From positions 17,204,563 through 17,268,562 of the forward strand of contig OZ316894.1 of assembly GCA_973895155.1 (NCBI GenBank): DNA of 64,000 bases. Reading direction: 5' to 3'. Shown in pieces: positions 51,917 through 64,000 of this stretch (position 1 is its first letter; each line of letters opens with the position of its first letter). The position numbers were made by a program, and so were the translations under genes. The notes under the pieces were generated by a model. That model was not told where the DNA came from. It ran no database searches and worked only from the letters and a program-made list of their open reading frames with translations. Source of the DNA: Marsupella aquatica (Eukaryota > Plantae > Marchantiophyta).

Positions 51917-54900
51917 ATGGCGGCTCCAGGTCTCGATGGCCTGCAGACCATCGACGTTTTCAAGAGGGTGACTAGCGGTCGATCATCGGGTCTGGGTGGC
52001 CTTGCTTACGGCAGTCGGAGGCAGTGGGGTGTAGGGCCGGACAATGTCTTCGCCAGGAACTCGGACTTGAGGAGCGAGGAGGAAGACGATGAGGAGGCGC
52101 TCAAGTGGGCAGCTTTGGAGAAGCTGCCCACTTATGATCGTGTGCGCACTACGATTCTCAACCAGATGAAGGGCAGCCGAATTCTGCCACAGCAGATAGA
52201 CCTCCGAACGATCGGGCCCGAAGATAAGGAGAATCTGATCGGCAGACTGTTCGTCGATAAGCCTGAAGATGACAATGAGCAGTTCATCCGAAGGATGCGA
52301 GATCGTATGGACAAGGTGGACGTGAAGCTCCCCACTATAGAGGTTCGGTACCGGGACCTGACCATCGAAGCTGAAGCTCAGTTATCCAGCCGATCGCTTC
52401 CCACTCTGATCAATGTCGCCCGAAACACGGTGGAGGGTTGGCTGGATATGGTGGGTCTCCCTATCACGAAGAAGACCACCCTTGCCATCCTGAAGAACGT
52501 CAGTGGTATCGTAAAACCTGGCAGGCTCACGCTGTTGCTCGGGCCGCCGGCTTCAGGTAAGCTTTTGGACCACACCACGGAACCACACCACACCACACCT
52601 GTGTTCCCCGAAGAGACCAGAATATTTTACAATTTTACAATTTTGCTCTGCTTTGTCTGTGTTTTGGTCAACAGAAGAAACTCAATGTTCGTCTCGACTT
52701 AGAGTTCAAGGCATTAAACTTACCAGGATTTCCCAGATCCCCCTCTCCCGCCGGGATGAACTTAACACACGCGAAGCTCTCGTTGCGATCCGGAGACCAA
52801 GCAGCAACGTTGCTATGAACCTGTGCTTTCCTGAATATCCTTAAACCAAGAATGTAGGAAAACAGCACTTTCCTGTCCAACTCCAAGTTAGGACTACGGA
52901 GCACAATCCAGGACGTTGCAAATTCAATTCCCCAAACACGAGACCCTCTAGTGTTAGTGTTGTCCAGGCCACATCTCACAACATTGCGAATAACAACATC
53001 AATTCACGGTAGCTCCCTCTGGATGGTCACCGGTTGAATTGCCCGCACTAGAGTAGTGGAAAACTAATGAACCTTGCCATAACATACCGAAGCATTCGCA
53101 GCAGCAGTTTTGTTCCAGCTCATGCCCAAAATGTGCAGTCTCACTGATCCTTTAGTTCTCATCTCGGTCAGATTCATACGAGCAGACGATTGAATCGCTG
53201 TCAATAGTTACAATCCAGCATTCGGACAACTCGATGTGATGTTAGGAATGTACACATCTCACTTTTCTTACGATTGTAGCCGACCGGCCAGAGAGGTTCT
53301 GCAGACACTTGATAAAATCTCCACGATAAACCTAAGTGTCGACCGAAATATGATTCTCAAGTGTTTGGATTGAATTGAAAATAAATTCTCAAGCTCCCGT
53401 TACGTACCAATATGCCTTTTTCCGGTCTCTAGATGAATGTCATGAGCGTCTGGAATTGATCTTTTTGTGGGGGTGTGATTTGATGGGATGTGTTTCAGGA
53501 AAGACCACCCTCCTTCTTGCTCTAGCAGGGAGGCTGGCTAGGAATCTGACTGTATCTGGAGAAGTCACTTACAATGGTTACAAATTGGACGAGTTCGTGC
53601 CTCAGAAGACTGCGTCATACATCAGCCAGCATGATCTCCATGTCGCGGAAATGACCGTGCGAGAAACGCTGGATTTCTCTGCTCGATGCCAGGGAGTGGG
53701 AGAGCGATACGACCTCTTGACTGAATTGGTGCACAGAGAGAAGGAGCTGGGGATTCTCCCTGACCCAGACGTGGACTTCTTCATGAAGGGTGTGGCCATG
53801 AAGGAAGCGTCGACCGGGCTCGTGACAGACTACATTCTGAAAATCCTAGGGCTGGACATCTGCTCCGACACGTTCGTCGGGGATGACATGCGGAGAGGGA
53901 TTTCTGGGGGACAGAAAAAACGAGTGACGACCGGAGAGATGATCGTTGGCCCCATGAAGACGCTGTTCATGGACGAGATCTCGACAGGATTGGACAGTTC
54001 GACCACATTTCAAATTGTCAAGTGCCTCGGCGACATCACACGCTATTTCCTCCAAACTGTGATCATTTCCCTTCTGCAGCCTGCGCCCGAAACGTACAAC
54101 CTGTTCGATGACATTATTCTGCTGGCTGAGGGCGAGGTCGTTTACCATGGGCCCAGAGAAATCATTCTGGAGTTCTTCGAGAGCTGTGGGTACAAATGCC
54201 CCGAGAGAAAGGGCGTCGCTGATTTTCTTCAAGAGGTAACTCACTCCAGCCACTTGCTCACTCGATAGAAATTCCTCTGATTTTTGTGGAGAATTCAATC
54301 GATGGTGAAGTTGTCCATGCCCACGGATTGATTTCGTGACCGCCTTTTGAATTGTTCTTGCTCGTGAATAATGTGCAGGTCACATCTAAGAAAGATCAAC
54401 AGCAATACTGGGCCGACAAGTCGAAGCCTTACCAGTACACCACTGTGCACGAGTTTGCCGAGGCCTACAAGAAATTCAATGTCGGGGAAGCGATGGCAGA
54501 GGATATGGCCGTGCCGTTTGACAAAGCTGAGAGTCATCCAGCAGCTTTGACATTTGAAAAGTACTGTGTCTCCAAGCGGGAGCTCTTGAAAGCGAACTTC
54601 GCGAAGGAATGGTTGCTGATGAAGAGAAACTCATTCGTGTACATCTTCAAAGGCACGCAGATTTTTATCATGTCTCTCATTGCAATGACGGTGTTCTTCA
54701 GAACGGAAATGCACAGGAATACTCTCGCAGATGCTCAGGTTTACGCCGGTGCTCTCTTCTTCGGTGTCGTCAACATCATGTTCAACGGGTTTGCTGAGCT
54801 TTCCATGACCATTGTCCGGTTGCCTGTTTTGTACAAGCAGCGAGACCTCTACTTCTTCCCGCCGTGGACCTTCAGTCTCTCCAAGTTCATCCAGTCAATT

Positions 54901-57850
54901 CCGATATCGTTACTTGAGTGCACTATTTGGATAGTCATCACTTATTACACCATTGGGTATGCCCCTGCGGCGGGCAGATTCTTCCGTCAGCTCTTTCTCT
55001 TCTTCTGGGTGCATCAGATGGCGGGGGCGCTATTCCGGCTCATCGCAGGAATTTGCAAAACGATGATCGTTGCGAATACTGGTGGATCCCTCGCCCTGTT
55101 GCTGATCTTCGTGCTGGGTGGATTCCTGATACCTCGAACGTCCATCAAGCCGTGGTGGATATGGGGATATTGGATCTCACCATTGTCCTATGCGCAAAAT
55201 GCCATCGATGTGAACGAATTTCTGGCACCACAGTGGAAACATTTTGTGGGGGGTCAGGCTAATCCACAGGCTGATACTCTAGGAATCCAATACCTCAAAA
55301 CCGCAGGCCTCTTCCCTCAAGGATACTGGTACTGGCTGGCCGTTGGCGCGCTGATCGGATACACCATCATCTTCAACCTCGGATTCACCATCGCCCTCAC
55401 TTACTCGGATCCCATAGGAGGCCCTCAGGCCACGGTCGAAACAGAGAATGAAGAGGAGAAAATCAAGGAGCTCATGGAGGGATCGACTGCTGTTAGAAAG
55501 TCTGGCCTTGATTCTGGATCGACTGCTAGAAAATCTGGCCTTGCTTCTGGATCGACTGTGAGGCATTCGAGTCTTTCAGTATCTGGTCGACCTTCTGATG
55601 CTTCATCTGCAGAAGCTCCAGCTGGTGGCAATGTGATGAGGAAACAGATTAGCAAAGTTCGCAACTCGATCAGTAGGAGAAGATCCAGCGATGTTGCCCA
55701 ATCTGCCAGAGAAGCGCTAGAAGCCGTGGATGAAGCGACGGGAGAGCGGAAGAGGGGGATGGTCCTGCCATTCCAGCCCTTGGCGATCAGCTTCCGCGAT
55801 GTGAATTACTATGTGGACCTCCCGAAGGAGATGAAGTCGCAGGGGGCTGAAACAGAAGATGGGCGACTCCAATTACTTCGAGGGATCACAGGAGCGTTCA
55901 GGCCTGGAGTCCTCACTGCTCTGGTCGGGGTGAGCGGAGCTGGAAAGTCGACACTCATGGATGTCTTGGCGGGGAGGAAAACTGGAGGCTACATCGAAGG
56001 TGACATCCGAATTTCTGGATTTCCAAAGGTGCAGGCCACCTTCGCTAGAATTTCTGGATACTGCGAGCAGAACGACATTCATTCTCCACAGGTCACAGTG
56101 TACGAGTCCTTGGAGTACAGTGCATGGCTTCGTCTCCCGTCCGACATTGACAAGGAGACCAGAGGGATGTTCGTCTTGCAAGTCATGGACTTGGTTGAGC
56201 TCACCCCTTTGAGGAATGCCGTCGTCGGTCTCCCGGGAGTCAGTGGCCTGTCGACAGAACAGCGCAAGCGGCTCACCATCGCCGTGGAGCTCGTGGCCAA
56301 CCCTTCCATCATTTTCATGGATGAACCTACTTCTGGCTTGGATGCGCGGGCGGCTGCAATTGTTATGCGATGTGTCCGAAACACTGTGGACACTGGCAGA
56401 ACAGTTGTGTGCACCATCCATCAACCTAGCATTGACATTTTTGAGGCCTTTGATGAGCTCTTGCTCATGAAGAGAGGTGGCCAGGTGATTTATGCAGGGC
56501 CCCTTGGCCGACACTCTGATAAGCTCATTGAGTACTTTGAGGCTATTCCCAGTGTTCCGAAGATTGTCGAGGGACACAACCCTGCTACGTGGATGCTAGA
56601 GGTTTCTGCTGCCGGTGTTGAGCATCACCTTGGCATCGATTTTGCAGAGCTATACCTGAAGTCTTCGTTATATCAGTATGTCTCTTTTATCATAGTACTG
56701 CATCTTCTACTTCATTTTGACACTCTATTGCCAAGAATGCTCACCGTCTGCTTTTTGAATTCGAATGATTTGATTACTTTTCTTTCTCTAATTCCCTTTC
56801 TCTGAATCAAACGTTTATATTTCACTCCACTGTTAGCGACTGTATCTGAAGTGTTGGAAAGAAATTCTTTGGTAAACCAAATGATCTAATGGATTTACTT
56901 CTTGCTCTTGTGATGCCTGCAGACGAAACTCGGACATGGTGGAGCAGCTCAGCGTCCCTTCCCACGAATCCAAGGATTTGTGGTACCCAACCCAATTTTC
57001 CCAACCGATGTATATGCAAATCCAAGCTTGCTTGTGGAAACAAAACCTGACATACTGGCGGAGCCCAAATTACAACAACGTCCGATACCTTTTCACGGTG
57101 CTTGCTGCTCTGTTTTTCGGAACCGTTTTCTGGCAGCAGGGGAAAAAGCGAAATGAGCAGAGCTCACTGTTCAGCATCATGGGTGCCATGTTTGGTGCAG
57201 TTCTCTTCATCGGTGTCAACAATGCCTCAACTGTTCAACCAATTGTCTCAACAGAGCGTACTGTGTTTTACAGAGAGCGAGCGGCTGGAATGTACTCAGC
57301 CATCCCTTATGCCATAGCCCAGGTCCTTATCGAAATCCCCTATTGTCTCGTCCAGACCATTATCTATGCATTCATCACATATGCCATGATTGCATTGGAA
57401 TGGAGTGCGGCTAAATTTTTCTGGTATCTATTTTTCATGTTATTTACTTTCCTTTACTTCACCTTCTACGGAATGATGGCAGTTGGGATCACTCCCAACC
57501 ACCAAGTGGCTTCAATTGTGGCTGCTTTCTTCTATGCCATCTTCAATCTCTTCTCCGGCTTCTTGATCGCCAAGACGAGGATTCCAGTCTGGTGGATTTG
57601 GTATTACTGGATATGCCCAGTGGCATGGACTCTATATGGCCTTATTGTCTCACAGTTTGGCGATCTCACTGATGTACCTTTGTTGCAAACTGATGGGGCC
57701 CATACTAGTGTGAGTAAATTTGTTGAAGATACGTTTGGCTTCAAGCATAGTTTCCTTCCCGTGGTGGCCGTCATGATCGTCATTTTCCCAGTGCTCTTTG
57801 CCGCAGTGTTCATGTTGGCTATTAAGATCCTGAACTTCCAATCTAGATAG
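51917..57850 (+). CDS. ABCG: Full-size ABCG/PDR transporter, 4 exons, 1533 aa
   Basis: Exons 51917-52556, 53499-54235, 54379-56675 and 56923-57850 splice in frame. Motifs [75 protein letters not shown] and LNFQSR*. Confidence 0.97.
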
Positions 57851-58544
57851 AGATGTCACCGTGTCATCATGGATCCCCAATGTAGTTGCTAGAAGACGGA
57901 GAAGCTCGATTGTTTTTAAAGCTCTGACGGCTGATCTCACATTTGACATTGCTATTCACAACATGATAGCACAATTGTAATATAAAGTTTTGTAGACATC
58001 ATAGCAGTTTCATGTAAATTGTAGTTATCCAATGCAATTCAATGCGATTGAGTTCAAGTATGATCGTCTTGTATATTTTGTCGGAATCACAATTTTATTC
58101 AAATTTGAAAAATCTTGCGTACTGTTCCAATCCGGCCAGTGGGACTGGTGGTCAACATTGCTTTCCATCTGAATGGTCGAAGTCATTGTTTGTGCTTTAA
58201 GAATTCACGCAGGCCCGAATAGAACTGTCAAGAACGTCAATGAGCATAATCCACGTCTACATTAAACGACTTGTTGAACACTTGATAGCAATCACACCTA
58301 GCAAGCGAGCATCTCACTCTTTATGGATCGTTTTGATCAAAGTAGTTGACTGCAGATCAGCAAATTAATGTGATCTAGCCAGTGCAAAGGGTAAAGATTT
58401 GTGAATACAGTAATATGCATGGCTCAAGAGTAGGTTGCAAGATTTGTGGATACAGAACTGAACATGGCTCACGAGTACATTGCAAGTAGTCAGACGATGT
58501 CTAGAGGTAATGTGGGCACATTAGGAGCCATCGTCGTTGAGCTC

Positions 58545-59686
58545 ACAACCTGTTGATAGATTCTGAATCAGGCCAAAAATCCACAAGTACAGTGGCAGAC
58601 ACAGCACCAATACCTCGACCAATACAGTATGAGATTTGGGGTGACGGATCCCTTTCCGTGGATTCAGCAACGTTGGATTTACAGAGCGAAGGAAAAAGTG
58701 CGAAAGTCTCTAGCTCAGCATAAGTTTTCTCAGTTTTCGGCATAACAGCCGTGGGGAAGCCTACTTGACGTGATGGTGGCACGCGAATAGCGCGGTTCTT
58801 CGTAGGATTCATGGTCACTTCGATCAAAATGCGGACAGGGCTCTGTCAGAGGCTGAGACGAAAGGGCTAATAATTGACCTCGGGATCCAGCAAGAAAGGA
58901 AAGTCCAGCCCAAGCCGAGGTTAGTGGATGGTTTGCGGAGTGCGACTTCGCCGATGAATTGGCAAATATCTGAGGATGAATCTGTGGAAGGCATGTCCAA
59001 ATGGGTGCGTGCCTTTGTTGAGAAAGCTCCCCAAACGAACTAAAACTAAGCCCGGAGGAGGAGTGGACGGAATCTTGCAGAGTGCTTCCAATGCCAAATC
59101 ATCTGGAGGAACCACTTGGATCGAGCTCATTCATCTCTGACAATTTTACTTGAAGATCAAGTCGATGAGGATGAGGACGATGAGAACGAGGAGATCCCAC
59201 CCACAAAGACACAGGTAATCGTTACCGCCGTCGGGTACTTGACTCTGGGTGCATTGGTTGAAGGAGTTGTAGCTGACCCATCGGTGGGACACCATTGGGA
59301 CCTTTTGGCTGTGACTGGCATTCCATTCTCCATCTCCTTTGTTGCAACTCCTTTGTCAACCAACTCCAGCGAGGCAATCTCATTCTTAATGTTTGCTGGG
59401 CAGAGTAAGACCAACATCTCCATGACATACTCCCAGATCTATGGTGGGGTGACAATGAACAATTCATTGTGCCCAGCTATTTTTTCTCGCCATCGTGTAC
59501 ATCAGAGGTTTGGTCTAATACTTTCCCTCCGAGGTACTAGTTATTCTGGTGGCCACGGTTGTCATAGGTGCTCTGGCTTCTGTGCGGGTCACGTTCCCTT
59601 CCTGGATGGCTATTGTTGCCTTGATTCTTTACGCGTTCTCTATAGCACTAGTTGCAGTCCTCGACTATGTCTATGGATGGGAATGA
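58545..59686 (+). pseudogene. NCL: NCL (EF-hand Na+/Ca2+ exchanger-like) pseudogene, C-terminal part only
   Basis: From 58653: FPWIQQR..WGSLL, EF-hands FDQNADRALSEAETKGLI and SEDESVEGMSKW, then ADP..TGIP.SISFVATPLSTNSSEAIS, YSQIYGGVTMNN, SEVLVIL and LDYVYGWE*. Several stops and frameshifts; no introns seen. Confidence 0.88.
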
Positions 59687-61024
59687 GGGCGAGAATTTTA
59701 GATGGTCAAGGGCTACTGCAGGGGAATTTGAGGTGGAGAGTACATATCTCCATAGAAGGAGACAGCAAGCCATAGATTTAATGGGCAATCGATGGCATTA
59801 ATTATTTGCATTCAGGGTTTGTGTAAAATGGCAATTTTGTTTTTCACTGGATTGGAGTAGACAAGGGAACTGGTGGGCCAGCGGAAAACACAACACGTTG
59901 AGGATATGGGACCTGGGCAGGTAAACAAACAGCCAAAAAAACAAATGCAGAGGAAAGTACGTACTCTTGCGGGTGGTCTACCCAGATGTTTTGTAGAGCC
60001 CAGATGAAGATTTCAAGAGCAGGATCCCGGCTGAAGAGAGTTTGCACTCGGTGACAGGATTTTGGCCTTCGAATGTTCCCCTCTCACCTCCTAAATGGTG
60101 GTTCCGGTGGATTCTCTGAAGTTACTGCCGATCGGAGGTTGGGCTGACCGACGTTTGACAGACTAGTTGAGGTTTCTTTGAATTCAACAAAAATTTCAGG
60201 TTTTCGTGGCTCTCGAGTCATGGTCTTCGTTTCTGTGGGAGCATGAGGACATGGACCGAGTGCAGTGAATAACATAATCGTTGGAGTAGGAGAGAGGTCG
60301 AATTTCCACCTCTGGCAGCTCAAATTGCGCCTTATCGTCCCGTTTATCAACCTTGGATTAAACAAAATCCAGTCATCGCAGTGCTACCCTGATTTAGCGA
60401 TCGTTCTAGCGTCATTCGCAGTCCCAGGCACAACCAGGCACAACCAAGATGTCTTTGGTGACAACATGGGGGAATGCCGACGGTCATAGGACAATTTTGG
60501 AACCAGTCTGTAGCTTTTGTTTGGGACATCCAAAGTAATACTTTATGTGGGTCAACCTACTTAATGATCATATTGAGTTATGCCGTTAGAGGGGTGTTCT
60601 ACGATTTGTGCAGTCCATGGTTTCTTTCAGTTGAATTAGCACGCAAGAGGCTTATGACGTATGTTTATGTTCGGGAACAAGAATTCTTTATCACTCTAGC
60701 TACTTATTCAGAGGGATCGTGAACTACAAATCAAGTTGAACTTAGTGGTACAAGTCTAAATTCTGGTAAAATAGGTGCAGAAATTCCAGACAGCTTGAAA
60801 CGGCGAGAGGCTCAAAGAGAGGACAACGAGAGTCCTGGTATGAGTCCCACGTTCCCAGCTAGAGAATCATCACTTTGCTTAGAGCTCGTGCGCGCCCCAT
60901 AGTTGTCTGCCGACAATCTAAGGTCAAGAGTAAGCTCTGATGGTAAAGGAAATTTATGAAGACTTACATCAACTTAGACAAGTACCGATTAATTATGGGT
61001 TGTACAGCAGAGTTGGGTCATTGG

Positions 61025-64000
61025 TGTTGGAACTTAGTGAGTACTCTCAAGTTAGGTAGAGATAGAACAGGTAAGCATGTGATTTAGATTAGCTATAGAT
61101 CACATTAGTATTAGACACACATCTCATAGATCAGACCTAACAAGTCTTATGTGCATATGTTAGGGTAGCCTGTTTGGCTGTTAGATCTTAGGAGAATCTA
61201 GAGATCCGTTGATCCTCCGCCGAGTCTGGCCCTCTCCGACCCTACATATTTCGCCCGCTGCGACATTTTCAACACAATTCTCTTAAGTTAGAGATTGTCT
61301 CCAACTCCAACATGGTATCAGAGCAGGGTCTCTGATAGTTTAGGTGCATCTAAACTCTCTAGCACTTAGAAGTAGAAGTAGTATAGTAATCAGGTGGAGA
61401 ACTTCCCTGATTTATTGATACTGCTTAGCTAGTCTCAGACTCGAATCAGTATAGACTGAGTGAGAATTCCTTAGTCACTTAGATCGAGTCGTTGTTTTAA
61501 ATCTGAAGGTCTATATGGAACTACTTAGGACATTCCACGAGAACGATAAGCTTGACGGTTCAGCTAATCATATGACCTGGTCCATTATAGTTAAGAACTT
61601 CCTGAGGCGGGATGATCTTTTGAAGAGCTCAACTTTGGTGTCAAGCCTGACACCATCGGCAACGTCGTTGATGGAGGAACAAATCTCACTGCAGCCGAAA
61701 TCAAGAAGAAGAAAGTCAGGGGCATCTCTATTTTGGCAACTACAATGAAGCCAAAAAATTTGCCCACTGTTGATAAGTACTCAGATGACCCAGCAAAGTG
61801 CTGGGAACATTTTCAGCAAAGGTTCGGAGGAGCCCTCTTGCAGCGCCAGCTCCTATTGGGAGCAGAACTCCAGAGCATCAAGCTGAGCGAAGGTGGCTCA
61901 GTTGAGGCTTACATTAACACCATGAACAAACTTGTTGGACACCTAGGAAGTATCAACGCGAGGTTGACAAAACCAGACTGATCCACATCGTACCCCGAGC
62001 ACTGCCATTCAGCTGGAGCCTGCTTGTATCAATGTTCGGGGCTGAGCTTTCTCGCACACCAAAGTCATCATTCTCAAACCTGATTAAACGACTTCAATCA
62101 GAAGAGTATTGGAAGAAGGGGAAACAAATCAAAACATGTGAGGAGGCTATGGCCATAACACACAACTTTGGTAGAGGAAGGGGACGCTTTCACCCTCGTG
62201 ATGGCAGACACTATCAGCCACGAGCAAATACAAACTTCCGTCATCCTTGCCCTCGTGCTGATTGTGAACGTGGACACAGACCTGGCAACTGTAACTATTG
62301 CAACAAGCCTGGCCATAGGGAAGTAGCTTGTGAATTCAAGAAGATAGAAGAGCAGATTGCTGATCTACAATTTAAAGCTGCATGTATCCAAGCAAACCGC
62401 CATTGCCAATTGGTCAATGTGGTGGAAACTAACCCTCCAACTGAAGATGCAGATGCTGAAGATGACGACTTCTGAGACAACTTCTACGCAACCAATGAAG
62501 GTGAACCCATTGAGCCAACTTCACCGAAGTGATGGTTGAAAACCATTTTTCAGCAACAATCGAATGTCTTTGTTCCAACCATGGCGAGGCCTACATGTCC
62601 ACCAAATTTTTGGAGTTCTACAAGACTCACGGCATCTGAAGACAGCTTACGGTTTCCCACACTCCACACCAGAATGGAGTTGTTGAGCGCGAGAATCAAA
62701 CACTCCTTGAGGTTGCCCATAGTTACACTCCTCATCAGTTTCGGCTTGGACTGAGGCCGTTCTTGCTGCCAACTATCTCTAAACTTGGTCTGGGACCAAA
62801 GTGTTGTCCCGAACAACTCCCAAGACAACTCCATATCAAGCTCCTCATGGTACAAAGCCAATCTCAATCATCTTTGCATTATTGGCTGTCAAGCTTATGT
62901 ACTTATTCCTGCTTCCATGAGGTCTAAACTTGGACCCAATTCAAGGCCATTCCCACTACTCTCTTAGGCTACGTGACAACTCCAAAGCATATTGATGCTT
63001 TGATGTTGCTCATAATCGTGTCATAATCTCCCAGGATGTTACATTGGATAAAAACAAAATCATGGGACTGCTCAACTCTACTCTTGCTCTTGCCTCAGAT
63101 CTCTTTAATTTCCTATTCTCCACTTTGAATCTCCCGCTGCCTACTCTAGACCGCATCCAACATCCTGCTATTCTAGGGCCTGTCGTCCCATAGGGGGAAA
63201 ACATTCCAGCTGCCGACCCTGAAGAAGCCCCATTATCATTGTACCTGTTGCTGACCCTGAACAAGTCCCACTCAATGTTGTGTCTCCTATTGATCTTGGC
63301 ACATTGCATAACAATGTCACTTTTGACCAACTTGTGCTTCCTCCACCTAGACCTGCTGCAGTTGTCATTCTCTTTGACCTCATCGTCCTCCCCCATGGCA
63401 TGCTAACTATGATATGAGCACTCTCTTAGTCGAGTCTCATAAACCGGAATGTGAAAATCTCTCCATCAAATAGGTACTCAACCATCCACGTAGGAAAAAG
63501 GCTATGCTGGAAGAAATTGCCTCCTTCGCCAAGATGGGTACATGGGAGCTGTATATATCTTCCAGCTGGCCGTTGGGCTCTTACGGCAAAATTGGTGTTT
63601 TGGACCAAACCTGACTCCACCAAGTTTCGTCTTAAAGCTAGATTGGTTGCTAGTAAGGGGATTTGAGCAAAAGTATGACATTGATTATAATAAGACTTTT
63701 GCACATGTAGTAAAATGGTCTACTCTGCGCACCATTATTGCCCTAGCAATCTCAAACGGATGGGAACTACATCATATGGATGTAGTTACGTACCGCCTTT
63801 CTCACTGGTACACTCACAAAAAATATTTACATGCAGCAGCCACAGGCCGGGTTTTAAAGTTCCTGGCAAGGAGTCCATGGTCTGCAAGCTTTGAAGGTCT
63901 CTATACGGTCTAAAACAATCTCCTCAGGCCTGGTACAAGGAACTAGATTCACATCTCCAATCCACAGGATGGACTCAAAGCCTGGCCGGCTGAGCCCAAC
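61025..64000 (+). mobile_element. Decayed Ty1/copia LTR retrotransposon, extends beyond the window
   Basis: Probable LTR 61025-61312 (TGTTGGA..TCCAACA), then the PBS. Frameshifted gag with CNYCNKPGHREVAC; integrase remnant TPHQNGVVEREN; RT motifs KARLVA, DYNKTFAHVVK, LHHMDV and LYGLKQSPQAWY. The integrase-before-RT order indicates copia. Confidence 0.93.
61313..61324 (+). other. Primer-binding site complementary to tRNA-iMet
   Basis: TGGTATCAGAGC directly follows the LTR terminal CA. Confidence 0.9.

Noticed and set aside
55873-56577. 234-aa antisense ORF, and similar ones within CSLD
   Set aside because: Shadow frames of real coding exons.

Overview
Eukaryotic nuclear DNA with GT-AG introns, from a land plant that probably has flagellated sperm (CFAP298 is present); a bryophyte, probably a liverwort, is inferred. 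Genes in order: 3' exons of AAR2 (+), a CIB-family EF-hand gene (-), intronless CFAP298 (-), CSLD (+), an MNS3-type GH47 alpha-mannosidase (+), an 11-exon YbaK/ProXp-ala tRNA-editing gene that the ORF track misses (+), a full-size ABCG/PDR transporter (+) and an NCL pseudogene. Mobile DNA comprises an L1-like LINE, an RLE-type (CRE-like) non-LTR fragment and a decayed Ty1/copia element running off the right end. The most striking structure is the LINE (13733-17602), which has a TSD and poly(A) tail and sits in four alternately oriented pieces that can be reassembled at base-pair level. It also carries a TTTAGGG insertion that breaks its RT frame. Other points of interest are a probable 5'-inverted NCL copy, a perfect 25-bp hairpin next to telomeric repeats, and the CFAP298/CIB pair. 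No prokaryote-type system such as CRISPR is present. All family calls come from motif recognition, not database searches.
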